Shown: piece after piece, positions 1 to 9,915 of the stretch
Layout: each line of letters opens with the position of its first letter
Position numbering within the stretch: the stretch's first letter is position 1
NCBI GenBank assembly: GCA_020356065.1
Contig: CP070632.1
Location: 265,284 to 329,283 of the forward strand
Length of the DNA: 64,000 nt
DNA from: Nitrospiraceae bacterium
Lineage (GTDB): Bacteria; Nitrospirota; Thermodesulfovibrionia; UBA6902
Direction of reading: 5' to 3'
The notes under the pieces: generated by a model
What the model saw: the letters and a program-made list of their open reading frames with translations, nothing else
Database searches by the model: none
What the model was told of the DNA's origin: nothing
Position numbers and translations under genes: made by a program

Positions 1-555
1 AAGAGAAAAATAAAAGTCATCCCTGAGATCATGATCCCTCTCGTAGGTCATGTCAGGGAACTTGAGGCCATGAGGGAGGTCGTTGTTAACGTAGCTGATG
101 GAGTTCAGAAGAAAGCCAAGGTTAAAGTTCCTTATTCAGTCGGAACCATGATTGAGCTGCCGCGCGCGTGCGTCACCGCTGACGAGATCGCTCATGTTGC
201 AGACTTCTATTCTTTCGGCACGAACGATCTTACCCAGACAACGTACGGCTTATCCAGAGATGATGCAGGACGGTTTCTGCCCTTCTATGTAGAAGAGGGA
301 ATCTTGCATGATGATCCCTTTGTCTCAATCGATGTTGATGGTGTCGGTCCGTTAATGAAAACAGCAGTTGAGCTCGGCAGAGGCGTGAAAAAAGACCTTA
401 AGCTAGGTATCTGCGGAGAGCACGGAGGTGAGCCGAAGTCTGTTGAGTTCTGTCATAACATCGGACTTGACTATGTAAGCTGCTCGCCTTTCAGGGTGCC
501 GATCGCACGGTTTGCAGCTGCACAGGCACAGTTGAAGAAGAAAAGAAAGAGGTAA
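1..555 (+). CDS. ppdK: Pyruvate phosphate dikinase, C-terminal part (gene starts before the window)
   Basis: Open frame from base 1; PPDK motifs [39 protein letters not shown]. Confidence 0.95.
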   Translation, partial: KRKIKVIPEIMIPLVGHVRELEAMREVVVNVADGVQKKAKVKVPYSVGTMIELPRACVTADEIAHVADFYSFGTNDLTQTTYGLSRDDAGRFLPFYVEEGILHDDPFVSIDVDGVGPLMKTAVELGRGVKKDLKLGICGEHGGEPKSVEFCHNIGLDYVSCSPFRVPIARFAAAQAQLKKKRKR

Positions 556-600
556 TCAAATTGTAATAAATTTAATTCTAGCATTATCACTTCAAGTGAC

Positions 601-636
601 AGAAAAGGCACAGATATTTTAATCTGTGCCTTTTCT
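601..636. terminator. Bidirectional intrinsic terminator between convergent ppdK and the DedA-family gene
   Basis: 15-bp perfect inverted repeat agaaaaggcacagat / atctgtgccttttct. Confidence 0.8.
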
Positions 637-736
637 ATTACCATGGTACCGAATGATAAGTTACATTTAATAATTGTCTCCAAGGTATCTTATGAATAAG
701 TTTTTATGCATACCTGCCTTTTTTTAAGTTACATAT

Positions 737-1324
737 CTAAAGCACATACTTGATCAATAAGAATCCCCCAATAAGCAAAATCATAAATATGATACTTAAG
801 AGGTTAAAGTACTTGTCAATAAAATTCCTGATGGGGGATCCGAATTTCCAGATCAAGGCAGCTACAACAAAAAACCTGGTGCTTCTCCCAATAATAGAAG
901 CCAGTGTAAAAAGCCAGAAGTCGAAATTGAAAACTCCGGATGCAATAGTAAAAACCTTGTACGGTATCGGAGTAATCGCAGCAATCAGAATGCCCAGAAA
1001 GCCGTGCTGGTCATATTTGGTTTTGATCAGATCCATGACTTCCTGTCCATGATAAAATTCGACAATCGGTCTGCCAATTGTTTCATATCCGTACAAACCT
1101 ATGCCATAACCTATTATTCCGCCAAGAACAGAACCTATCATGCAAATCATAGCGTATTTAAATGCTTTTTTCGGAATAGAAATAGCAAGTGTAATCAGAA
1201 GAACGTCAGGCGGTACAGGGAAAAAGGATGATTCAGCAAATGCAAGTAAAAAAAGTGCAGGCACCGCGTATGGAGTTTCAGCCCAATGTAAGACCCAATC
1301 GTACAGCTTCTTAATAAATTTCAA
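737..1324 (-). CDS. YqaA/DedA family (VTT domain) membrane protein
   Basis: AFAESSFFPVPPD and TPIPYKVFTIASG motifs, hydrophobic helices. Confidence 0.9.
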   Translation of the reverse strand: MKFIKKLYDWVLHWAETPYAVPALFLLAFAESSFFPVPPDVLLITLAISIPKKAFKYAMICMIGSVLGGIIGYGIGLYGYETIGRPIVEFYHGQEVMDLIKTKYDQHGFLGILIAAITPIPYKVFTIASGVFNFDFWLFTLASIIGRSTRFFVVAALIWKFGSPIRNFIDKYFNLLSIIFMILLIGGFLLIKYVL

Positions 1325-1410
1325 TTTCCTGTTTCCTCCTGTTTATCGTCTCATTTATAAACATGTAATTCATATTTATTTCAGTATTATGCTAAATCGA
1401 CAGAAAGGAC

Positions 1411-1445
1411 AAAAAAAAGGCGGGGTCAAACGCTCCGCCTTTTTT
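1411..1445. terminator. Intrinsic terminator hairpin flanked by A- and T-tracts
   Basis: aaaaaaaaggcgggg-tcaaacg-ctccgccttttt. Confidence 0.7.
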
Positions 1446-1769
1446 CGTACGACCGTTAGGTCAACTTGTTGGGGGCTTTAACCGCCGCCGCTGCAATCAG
1501 ATTAAGATACAGATTGATTATAAATCTCCTGATGTAATGGATGCGTATATTCTATAAAAAACATACTGCTCTTGGCAATAAAAAAACAGGGCGGTTTGAC
1601 TATTTTATTTTATGTCAATATTTCAAATACTTAAATATATTATTTGAATGTTATACATTAGCATTTTCATGGCCTCGGATGATGCGTACCACCAATTTGC
1701 GGCTCTTAACAAAATGATGCGTGTAGCTTTCCGCAGATAAGTTGTAACCATATCCCATACTCAATAAAA

Positions 1770-2648
1770 TCAGTTCATCCTTTTATTAATTAGAGAAAAT
1801 ACTGTCTCGAGGTTGTTCCTGTCATCATTATCATTCTCCTTGGGAGTTTCCAGAATGATCGGTACTTTTGTGATTCTTCTGTCAGATAAAATGTTTCTGA
1901 ATCCGTCAATACCTATCGATCCTCTTCCGATATGTTCATGTCGATCAACACCGGAACCCAGAGACTTCTTTGAGTCATTAAGATGAATGAGCTTAAGCTT
2001 GTCGACACCGATATATTCAGATATTTCATTTACCAGTCTGTTCAATCCTTTAACGGATGTAATATCATATCCGGATGCAAATGCATGACACGTGTCAATG
2101 CATATGCCCGCTATTCGGTCACAACTGCACAGATCCATAATGTCTGCCAATGCCTGTATGGACGAAGTTATATCTCCTCGCTGACCTGCCGTGTTTTCAA
2201 GAATTATTGTCGTGTTGCCCTGCCTGCTATCAATGCTTTCCCTGAGCGCCATTGCCGCCTTCTCTCGTGCTGCCTTTCCATCCTTACCGCTTGCACTTCC
2301 CGTATGTAGAACAACGTATTCAGCCCCTATCAGGTCGGCATTTGCCATCTCATACGAAAGGAGATCTATTGATTTTCTGACAATATCAGGAGAATGGGAT
2401 GCAAGGTTAATTAAATACGAGGCGTGAACAAATACAGGATTGATATCATTTTTCTGTCTCAGGACTGAAAAACGTTGTACTTCGGTTTTTCTTATTCCGG
2501 TTTTTCTCCACTGTCTTGGGCTGTGAGTAAAAATCTGAACCGTATTGCATTTCAGCTGGGCCGACCTCTCTAATGATCTTGAAATGCCTCCTGCAATTGA
2601 GGCATGCACGCCAATCCTGACAAGTGGTAATTTTATTTTATTTTTCAA
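1770..2648 (-). CDS. nfo: Endonuclease IV (AP endonuclease family 2)
   Basis: GVHASIAGG, HASYLINL, LENTAGQ, CIDTCHAF, HLNDSK, DRHEHIG, ILETP. Confidence 0.95.
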   Translation of the reverse strand: MKNKIKLPLVRIGVHASIAGGISRSLERSAQLKCNTVQIFTHSPRQWRKTGIRKTEVQRFSVLRQKNDINPVFVHASYLINLASHSPDIVRKSIDLLSYEMANADLIGAEYVVLHTGSASGKDGKAAREKAAMALRESIDSRQGNTTIILENTAGQRGDITSSIQALADIMDLCSCDRIAGICIDTCHAFASGYDITSVKGLNRLVNEISEYIGVDKLKLIHLNDSKKSLGSGVDRHEHIGRGSIGIDGFRNILSDRRITKVPIILETPKENDNDDRNNLETVFSLINKRMN

Positions 2649-2706
2649 TTAATTGGCAAGCAATATGTGATGTTATTTCTTATAATACTCAGAGAGCCAT
2701 CCGGCT

Positions 2707-2949
2707 TCATATAAGAGAGAACTTTTCCAGCTCCCTGACCATCTGATCATACTCATCAGGACTGTGCCTCCATAAGGCTATAATAGCATCATACGGCTCC
2801 ATTGAGCCTGCCGGGTCAACAGGAAGCAGAAACCGGTCAAAGATAGCCCCGAATACTTTTCTCTTAGATGTGTCTCCGAACAGATCTTCGTAGGCAAAGC
2901 TAATTTTCTGTGCTGTCTGTAGTGCCATTTCATATGCCTCAATATCCAT
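2707..2949 (-). CDS. Hypothetical small protein
   Basis: ORF co-oriented between rnhA and nfo; ATG at 2949 chosen; no recognised motif. Confidence 0.6.
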   Translation of the reverse strand: MDIEAYEMALQTAQKISFAYEDLFGDTSKRKVFGAIFDRFLLPVDPAGSMEPYDAIIALWRHSPDEYDQMVRELEKFSLI

Positions 2950-3034
2950 GGTTATACACCCCACTCTCTTTTTCTTCCCTTGAATAATCTATTACAATAA
3001 ACTATTAATTTACTTTGTGACAAACCTGCCCGGA

Positions 3035-3535
3035 TCAATGACCCTTTTTCACGGCCTGCCTTGCCAGTAAGTCAGCTTCTGTATTCAGTTCCCTACTCAC
3101 ATGAGTGATGGTACACCTGTTAAAATCATTTAAAAGTTCTTTTGCCCGGGTCCAGAGTCTATACAGATTTTTATTCTTTACTTTATAGACACCATTCATC
3201 TGCTTTACAAGAAGCTCGGAATCAAGATAGATATCAATAACCTTAACTCCCAGTGACCGTGCCTTTTCAAGCCCTCTGATAAGAGCGGAATATTCAGCAA
3301 CATTGTTTGTGGCAATACCAATATATTCGGATATCCTGCAGTTCCTTCTCTCATCGAACATCCCTGCATGATCAAAGCTGATTAATACCCCTATACCTGA
3401 TTTTCCAGGATTTCCGCTTGAAGCACCATCGCAGAACATTGTCGCGGAAAGCATATACCGGTCTTTTTCAGAATTTATTTCTCCTGTTTCAAACAGGTCT
3501 GGCTGAGACATATTATTGTTGATGTGGCTCGTCAT
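3035..3535 (-). CDS. rnhA: Ribonuclease HI family protein
   Basis: DGASSGNPG, TNNVAEYSAL, DSELLVKQ, RELNTEAD acidic tetrad motifs. Confidence 0.9.
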   Translation of the reverse strand: MTSHINNNMSQPDLFETGEINSEKDRYMLSATMFCDGASSGNPGKSGIGVLISFDHAGMFDERRNCRISEYIGIATNNVAEYSALIRGLEKARSLGVKVIDIYLDSELLVKQMNGVYKVKNKNLYRLWTRAKELLNDFNRCTITHVSRELNTEADLLARQAVKKGH

Positions 3536-4284
3536 TAAGAAGATGGAGGAGTTGACGGCGGGTTTTCATCAGCAGGCGGAGGTTCCTTGTAATATAAAAA
3601 CCTTTTGCAGTAGTAGCAGGTGTAGGTTTTGCCTGTTTCCTTTATGTCATTGTACAGCTGCGGCGGGATATTTGTGTTGCATCCTAAACATATTTCATTC
3701 CTGACCTGGACCACAGCAAGTCCGCCGAGCCTGTCAAATTTTTTCATATACTGATCATAGAGTTCTTTATTTACCCTGGTAACAAAATCATTTCTTTTTG
3801 CCTTGTACATATCTATTTCTGCAGTGAGCCTGGTTTTTTCCTCTTGTATTAATTTTTCCTGCTTTTTAAAATCCTCTTCAGCCTTCCTGACCGTCTCCTC
3901 TTCTTTTTGTATCTGAGCGGTAAAAGCTTCAATCTCTTCCATTAAAGCAAGGATCTCGTCTTCAATCTTATAAATATTATTTTCGAACACCCCTATCTCC
4001 TTACGATGGGCTTCATATTCCTTGTTAGTTTTTATGTCACTGCTTCTGGCCTTTAGCTTGTCAATCTTGTCCTGAACCTCATCCAGCTCTAAATCTTTAT
4101 CGTGTTTCTTCCTGTTAAGAACTTCCGCCTTTTTCTTGATTGATTCAAATGACTTACGAGCTTCCCTGAGGGGAACTTCAAATTGAGATAACCTGCGGGG
4201 CAACACATCAATTTCATCAGCTATGGACAAAATAGCAGTATCAAGTTCCTGCAGTTCAATCAGAAGTTTCAGTTGTTCATCCAA
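3535..4284 (-). CDS. Coiled-coil protein with C4 zinc ribbon (DUF164 / CT398-like)
   Basis: Long coiled coil then CLGC...CYYCKRFL; usual neighbour of rnhA. Confidence 0.88.
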   Translation of the reverse strand: MDEQLKLLIELQELDTAILSIADEIDVLPRRLSQFEVPLREARKSFESIKKKAEVLNRKKHDKDLELDEVQDKIDKLKARSSDIKTNKEYEAHRKEIGVFENNIYKIEDEILALMEEIEAFTAQIQKEEETVRKAEEDFKKQEKLIQEEKTRLTAEIDMYKAKRNDFVTRVNKELYDQYMKKFDRLGGLAVVQVRNEICLGCNTNIPPQLYNDIKETGKTYTCYYCKRFLYYKEPPPADENPPSTPPSS

Positions 4285-4346
4285 GTTATAAGCAATCCTT
4301 TATCAACAATTCAGCAAGAACAGGCTGACAATATCCATACAGATGC

Positions 4347-4423
4347 TGGTGGGCCCACCAGGACTCGAACCTGGGACCAACCGGTTATGAGCCGGTGGCT
4401 CTAGCCAACTGAGCTATGGGCCC
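4347..4423 (-). tRNA. tRNA with CAT anticodon, most likely tRNA-Ile2 (lysidine-modified)
   Basis: Reverse complement GGGCCCATAGCTCAG...CCGGCTCATAACCGG...GGTTCGAGTCC...GGGCCCACCA; paired G1-C72 and no three G-C pairs in the anticodon stem argue against fMet; encoded CCA. Confidence 0.92.
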
Positions 4424-4573
4424 GAATCAGTTAATATCTGACTAGACATTCTATGATAAAACACTTAAAATTGCAAACCTTGAGCACTCTGTTATGCATG
4501 CAGCATGCATGCTTTTGGATGAATAATTAAATGACGGCCAGAGTTATTTTACAACAAGGATGAAATGAACATT

Positions 4574-6097
4574 TTAAATATCTTTCATTAATGCGACTCT
4601 CTTATAAAAGCCGCACTTTCTGCAGTCTCCAATTTTTTGTGCTACAGCTCCGCTCACCTTTTTACCACAAAAAGTACCTGCAACAGCCCAGCACATGCGT
4701 CCGAAGTGAGGATAAGCAGGACACCTCATATTAACCGCACCTTCGGCTTTTTCAACGCCGCACCTGGTAAATTCCCAGCATTTGGTTTTTGACCCGTTCT
4801 CGCCGCTCTGATGAGGAAAGCACATTTTAAATGTTGTGCCGTGGCCAGGCTCACTGTCAACAAAAATCAATCCGTTATGCTCATCCATTATTTTCTTGCA
4901 TATTGACAGACCGAGCCCGGTACCTACACCTATCTCTTTCGTTGTATAAAAAGGTTCAAACATCATTTTTGTCGCATCAGCAGTCAGCCCCGATCCCGTG
5001 TCCTTCACCTCGACAACAATGTATTCAGCATAATACATCTCTTCCCTGTATGTTTTGATAGTGAGACTCCCCCCTTCCGGCATTACATCGATTGCATTTG
5101 AAATCAGGTTATTAACAGCCTGTCGAACATGATCTCTGTCAATGAGAATGTCAGGAAGAGGTTCTGAGAGATCGGTTATAATCGTAATGGACTGCTCATC
5201 ACACAACGTTCTGAAAGTACTGACAACATCATCGACAGAATCGTTTATCTGATGATTTTCCAAGTCAAACTTTGCTTCTCTCGAAAACATAAGGACATCT
5301 CTCAGGATGCGCTCCAGCCTGTCAACCTCAGACATCACAATCTCAGCGTATTCTTTCTCCCTTGTACCAGCGACTAATTTATTATTCAGCCTTCTTGCAA
5401 ATCCCCCTATTGATGTAAGAGGATTCCGGATTTCATGGGCCACATCCGCGGTCAGCCTTCCCAGGGCAGACAGTTTCTCTCCCTGTATAAGTTTCCCCTG
5501 CATACTCTGAAGTTCATCAATGTATCTTTCCAGTTCCTTATTAAGGTCCTCGATCTTGTCCTTATCACTTTTCAGTTTTTGTGAAAGCATTCCTAATGGA
5601 ATCGCAAGCAGGAACAGGAACGCAATCCTTACGAAAAAATCCGCCCAGTGAAGATTACCAAATTCACACCCACAGCTGATAAAGTAAAGAACAGACGCAA
5701 CCGCAGCTATAATCGTGCCGGGTATAAGCCCGAAATAAAACGAATAGAGCGCAGTCATCAAATAAAATCCATTAAAAAAAGAACTCTCGAATCCGCCAGT
5801 TACCCTGACAAGCAATGTTGTATACACAAGATCAAAAACGAGAGCCATCCCGTAAATACTCTTTTTCTTTTCAGGAGAGATAAAAAGCCATGCATAAATA
5901 GCGATACAATAGAACAGGAAATAAATATATATACTTCGTACGCTTCGAAAAGTATCCGGGGAGATATCAGCGAGGACCAGCCAGGATATGCCCCCAATAA
6001 AAATAACTACGCGCAGATAAATAAAAGCGCGGTCAGCTATCTCAATTCTGGGCTTGGTCTTTTCCCACAGCTTATTCAGTCTTTGACAGAGATTCAT
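4574..6097 (-). CDS. Membrane sensor histidine kinase with C-terminal Cys-rich two-CW domain
   Basis: N-terminal TM helices, H-box AHEIRNPL, N/G1/F/G2 boxes, tail CWEFTRC...CPAY...CWAVAGTFC...CRKC. Confidence 0.92.
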   Translation of the reverse strand: MNLCQRLNKLWEKTKPRIEIADRAFIYLRVVIFIGGISWLVLADISPDTFRSVRSIYIYFLFYCIAIYAWLFISPEKKKSIYGMALVFDLVYTTLLVRVTGGFESSFFNGFYLMTALYSFYFGLIPGTIIAAVASVLYFISCGCEFGNLHWADFFVRIAFLFLLAIPLGMLSQKLKSDKDKIEDLNKELERYIDELQSMQGKLIQGEKLSALGRLTADVAHEIRNPLTSIGGFARRLNNKLVAGTREKEYAEIVMSEVDRLERILRDVLMFSREAKFDLENHQINDSVDDVVSTFRTLCDEQSITIITDLSEPLPDILIDRDHVRQAVNNLISNAIDVMPEGGSLTIKTYREEMYYAEYIVVEVKDTGSGLTADATKMMFEPFYTTKEIGVGTGLGLSICKKIMDEHNGLIFVDSEPGHGTTFKMCFPHQSGENGSKTKCWEFTRCGVEKAEGAVNMRCPAYPHFGRMCWAVAGTFCGKKVSGAVAQKIGDCRKCGFYKRVALMKDI

Positions 6098-6333
6098 TAA
6101 ACAGACTTTATATGTTGCAGTGTTACCATCAGCTGAATGATGTTACGACTTTCTAACCACGTTTGTTTCCAGCTTAATCATGCCCATATCTAATAACAGC
6201 ATGTGTGTATAAAAATAATCAAGTAATGCTGTTTTAAATTTCGGTTAATACTGTTTTATTCTTTACTTAAGCGCATTTTTCTGACTAAGAGAACAAGTTG
6301 ATGTTTTGAGCAGGTATCATACATAATACTTTA

Positions 6334-7479
6334 ATGAATTCCACGTTTACAAAGGTCCATGCAGAGATTTTGCGGGGAATGAAGCTGTCGAAATGTCGAA
6401 AATGCGGCTGTATGAGAGGCACGCTTGAGAATCTGAAGGCATCTCTCCCTTTACTGAAGCTCAAGGATGCAAAAGAGCTGCTTCGGAATGTTAATGATTG
6501 GTATGATAAGCTCGATCCTCAGGAATATCCGTGTTTTGGCTGCAAATATTGCATTCCGCCGGAAGCAATGACCATGCTCACAGCCAGGTATCCGAAACTT
6601 GCATCAGCCACATTGTCAAGTTGTGAGATTCGGGTAGATACAGGCTCATGGCCGCCCGTAGAAGGAGAGTATACGGTAGTGGACAGGTCAGCCCCGATTG
6701 CGGTTACTACCCTTGCAAGTGTAAAGCTCGAAGATAAGCTTGTCAAAGCAAATCCATCAGGATTATGTATTGTTGGAAAAACAGAAACAGAAAATATCGG
6801 CATTGACAAAATAGTAAAAAATATTATCTCCAATCCCTCCATTTCGCATCTGATAGTGGCCGGAAAAGACACAGCAGGCCACCAGAGCGGCAAGACGCTT
6901 CTTGCTCTCTGGGAAAACGGTGTTGACAAAAACATGCGTATTATCGGCTCTGACGGCAGACGTCCAATTTTGAAAAATGTCTCATCTGCCGATGTAGATA
7001 ATTTTCGCAAGCAAATTACAGTGGATGATCAAATAGGCTGTGAAAATACTAAGACTTTAGTAAAGAGAGTGAACGTCCTTGCTGAGCAGGCACTTTCAGC
7101 AAAAAGTACAACAGGCTGCGGATGTCAGGGTAACTGCAGTGACCAGATACCCGTTGCATCACCGATCTCATTTATCGGTACAACCGTTTCTACTGTCAAG
7201 GCAAAAAAATTTGCAAAAACTTCCATAAAACTGGATACATCAGGTTATTTTGTAATCGTCCCTTCGAAAAAAAACGGCACCCTGCTGGTCGAGCATTATT
7301 CATATGACAATAAGCTGTTGCGAAAGATAGAGGGCAAGAGCAGCCGGGATATTTATCTGACCATTGTTGAAAATAAATGGGTATCAGATCTTGGTCATGC
7401 GGCATACCTGGGAAAAGAACTTGCCCGAGCAGAACTGTCCATAAAAAAGGGATTTAAATTTGTACAGGACGGGGCCTGA
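6334..7479 (+). CDS. MtrA-like (tetrahydromethanopterin S-methyltransferase subunit A) domain protein with Cys-rich N-terminus and DUF4346 C-terminus
   Basis: WPPVEGEY, TENIGIDKIVKNIISNP, GHQSG, RIIGSDG; C-terminal DTSGYF...HAAYLGKELARAE. Confidence 0.8.
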   Translation: MNSTFTKVHAEILRGMKLSKCRKCGCMRGTLENLKASLPLLKLKDAKELLRNVNDWYDKLDPQEYPCFGCKYCIPPEAMTMLTARYPKLASATLSSCEIRVDTGSWPPVEGEYTVVDRSAPIAVTTLASVKLEDKLVKANPSGLCIVGKTETENIGIDKIVKNIISNPSISHLIVAGKDTAGHQSGKTLLALWENGVDKNMRIIGSDGRRPILKNVSSADVDNFRKQITVDDQIGCENTKTLVKRVNVLAEQALSAKSTTGCGCQGNCSDQIPVASPISFIGTTVSTVKAKKFAKTSIKLDTSGYFVIVPSKKNGTLLVEHYSYDNKLLRKIEGKSSRDIYLTIVENKWVSDLGHAAYLGKELARAELSIKKGFKFVQDGA

Positions 7480-7582
7480 TCAAACCTGATATAATGTTCT
7501 GAGTTAGAAATCCTGTATTGCCGAAAGCAATATATTTCAAAATTATCCGTGTAATATCGGAATTATATTTTACTCTTTTATA

Positions 7583-8356
7583 ATGGGAAAAATAACAGCA
7601 GTAGCCAATCAGAAGGGTGGTGTCGGAAAAACCACTACCGCAATCAATATAGCAGCTTCCCTTGCAGCTGCTGAAAAAAAGGTACTGCTCATCGATACCG
7701 ATCCCCAGGGCAATTCTACAAGCGGTCTTGGTCTGGATAAAAACTCCACGGACGGAAGCCTGTATGACCTGTATATAGAAAAAAAGAGACTGGATGATAT
7801 TATCCAGTCAACCAGCCTGGAAAATCTGAAAATAATACCATCTAATATTGAACTGATAGGAGCAGAACTGGAGCTTTCAACAAAAGATCTCAGGGAGACC
7901 ATTTTGAGAAACGCCCTCGATCCCATTAAGGGTCAATATCATTACATATTCATCGATTGCCCGCCCTCTCTCAGCCTCCTGACTCTGAATGCCCTTGTTG
8001 CAGCAGACAGCCTGCTTATTCCCATGCAATGCGAATATTATGCCCTGGAGGGAATCAGTATGCTGCTCCATACATATAACCTTATTAGAGAATCTTTCAA
8101 TCCTTCTCTGGAAATAGAAGGTATACTGCTAACCATGTTTGACGGAAGAAATACCTTGGCCAACCAGGTCACGGATGAACTAAAAAAACATTTCGGTGAC
8201 AAGGTGTACAGGACGGTCATTCCCAGAAATGTAACTCTCGCTGAAGCGCCAAGTCATGGGAAGCCTGTCATGCTTTATGATATTCGTTCAAAAGGTGCCC
8301 AGAGCTATATAGAACTTGCAAAGGAGATCATTGGCAATGAAACCAGCGCTTGGTAA
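7583..8356 (+). CDS. parA: Chromosome partitioning ATPase ParA/Soj
   Basis: NQKGGVGKTTT, DPQGN, DCPPSL, QCEYYALEG, LAEAPSHG. Confidence 0.95.
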   Translation: MGKITAVANQKGGVGKTTTAINIAASLAAAEKKVLLIDTDPQGNSTSGLGLDKNSTDGSLYDLYIEKKRLDDIIQSTSLENLKIIPSNIELIGAELELSTKDLRETILRNALDPIKGQYHYIFIDCPPSLSLLTLNALVAADSLLIPMQCEYYALEGISMLLHTYNLIRESFNPSLEIEGILLTMFDGRNTLANQVTDELKKHFGDKVYRTVIPRNVTLAEAPSHGKPVMLYDIRSKGAQSYIELAKEIIGNETSAW

Positions 8357-9176
8357 GGGACTATCAGCCTTAATTCCTGAGAAGAAAGTCGACACAAAAG
8401 ATGTACGTGAGCTGAAAATAGATGCCATAGTACCTAATGAATATCAGCCCAGAAGAATTTTCAACGATAAAACCCTGAATGAATTAGTAGCATCGATAAA
8501 AGAAAAAGGCGTTATTCAGCCTGTTATTGTCCGGAAAACCGCAGGCAGTGTTTATCAGCTGATCGCAGGAGAACGACGTTGGAGATCCGCCAAACTGGCA
8601 GGGCTTAACCATATACCTGTCATAGTAAAAGATGCCGCTCCGGTTGAGGCTCTGGAACTGGCTCTTATAGAAAATATCCAGAGAGAAGATCTTAACCCGC
8701 TGGAAACGGCCGAGGCATTTCAGAGACTCATTAAAGATTTCAACCTTACGCATGATGACCTGTCCAGAAAAGTCGGCAAGGACAGGGCAACCGTAACAAA
8801 TTACATCAGGATATTAAAACTGCCCGCGAACATCCGGAAATGGATAGCAGAGGGTTCATTAACTATTGGACATGCAAAAGCACTGCTTCAGGTCAATGAT
8901 CAGAGACAACAGATTGAAATAGCAACAAGGATCATACGAAAGGGTCTCAGTGTGCGGGAAGCAGAAGCGCTATGCAAGAAAGGATCATCCGGCACAAAGC
9001 ACCCCGTAACAAAGGCGGCTGTAGACCCCCAGATTGCATCTCTGGAAGAAAAGATGATGCACAGCCTGGGCACAAAGGTTCGTTTGATCCATAAGTCAAA
9101 CAAGAAAGGGAGAATAGAAATTGAATATTATTCCCTTGATGATCTTGACAGGCTCCTGGACATCCTCACTTCCTGA
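8337..9176 (+). CDS. parB: Chromosome partitioning protein ParB/Spo0J
   Basis: ALGKGLSAL, QPRR, IAGERRWR, ENIQREDLNPLE; ATG at 8337 overlapping parA. Confidence 0.95.
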   Translation: MKPALGKGLSALIPEKKVDTKDVRELKIDAIVPNEYQPRRIFNDKTLNELVASIKEKGVIQPVIVRKTAGSVYQLIAGERRWRSAKLAGLNHIPVIVKDAAPVEALELALIENIQREDLNPLETAEAFQRLIKDFNLTHDDLSRKVGKDRATVTNYIRILKLPANIRKWIAEGSLTIGHAKALLQVNDQRQQIEIATRIIRKGLSVREAEALCKKGSSGTKHPVTKAAVDPQIASLEEKMMHSLGTKVRLIHKSNKKGRIEIEYYSLDDLDRLLDILTS

Positions 9177-9366
9177 TTAAATGTTCTTTTTATTGTATTA
9201 AAAGGCCTGACAATCGGATTTGGTGATTCAGATCACATCTTAAATTTTCGAGCTGATTTATTTTATTAAGTGAGGATGTTGAAACTGATATAAAGGGCTC
9301 CTCCCCTAAATTTGTCCTTTTATATCTCCCCTCTCTAGTTTCGACATCCTTTTTTTTTACGCTTAC

Positions 9367-9795
9367 TCATTCTCCCTTTTGAGGCGGACGGATTTGAGCC
9401 AGAATCTCACTTTTTTCGCCACGCGTTACCGTAAGCATTTCATTTCTTGCCACTTGTCTTTCAAGACCATTTTCCATTAAGAAGATGAGAAGATCATCAA
9501 ACTTCTCTCTCCTTACATTACCGGTACTGGACTGGTCCCTTCTGTCATTAAAAAAGTCCATCAATGTAGAACCGCATGGGCAATTTCTGAAGGCCTCCAC
9601 TATGATTGAGCCGTCCTCCTTCCTGCTCTGTTTGAGCCCTGTAACTGACGCCCTGATATTCTCGGTCTCCCGAAGAAACTGTTCTGCAGATTCAAAAATT
9701 CGTCCACATGTCTCACATTTTATTGGAAATGCAGATTCAGCCAGGGAATGTAAACCACCAAACAATATGTCGTAGAATGTATCTTTCTCCTTCAT
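9367..9795 (-). CDS. Hypothetical Zn-ribbon-like protein
   Basis: FPIKCETCGR and FRNCPCGSTL; start moved to ATG 9795, downstream of the terminator at 9853-9888. Confidence 0.7.
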   Translation of the reverse strand: MKEKDTFYDILFGGLHSLAESAFPIKCETCGRIFESAEQFLRETENIRASVTGLKQSRKEDGSIIVEAFRNCPCGSTLMDFFNDRRDQSSTGNVRREKFDDLLIFLMENGLERQVARNEMLTVTRGEKSEILAQIRPPQKGE

Positions 9796-9852
9796 CGCAA
9801 TCTGACACAGAGCCGCCTGGATTATGTGTGCCAGGGAGTCTTCTAAATATAT

Positions 9853-9888
9853 AAAAAAAAAGAGGCCGGGAACAATTCCCCGGCCTCC
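9853..9888 (-). terminator. Intrinsic terminator after the DsbA-family gene
   Basis: gaggccggg/cccggcctc hairpin followed on the minus strand by a T-run. Confidence 0.8.
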
Positions 9889-9915
9889 TGCTTGCATTTG
9901 AGTCTATCTGTTTCT

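Noticed and set aside
4347-4423. Initiator tRNA-fMet, or a tRNA integration site
   Set aside because: The 1-72 pair is Watson-Crick and the anticodon stem lacks three G-C pairs. No duplicated 3' end or integrase was seen.
4492-4513. ATGCATGCAGCATGCATGC mini-palindrome
   Set aside because: Single short low-complexity occurrence with no context.
7480-9366. parS site near parAB
   Set aside because: No TGTTTCACGTGAAACA-like palindrome found by eye.
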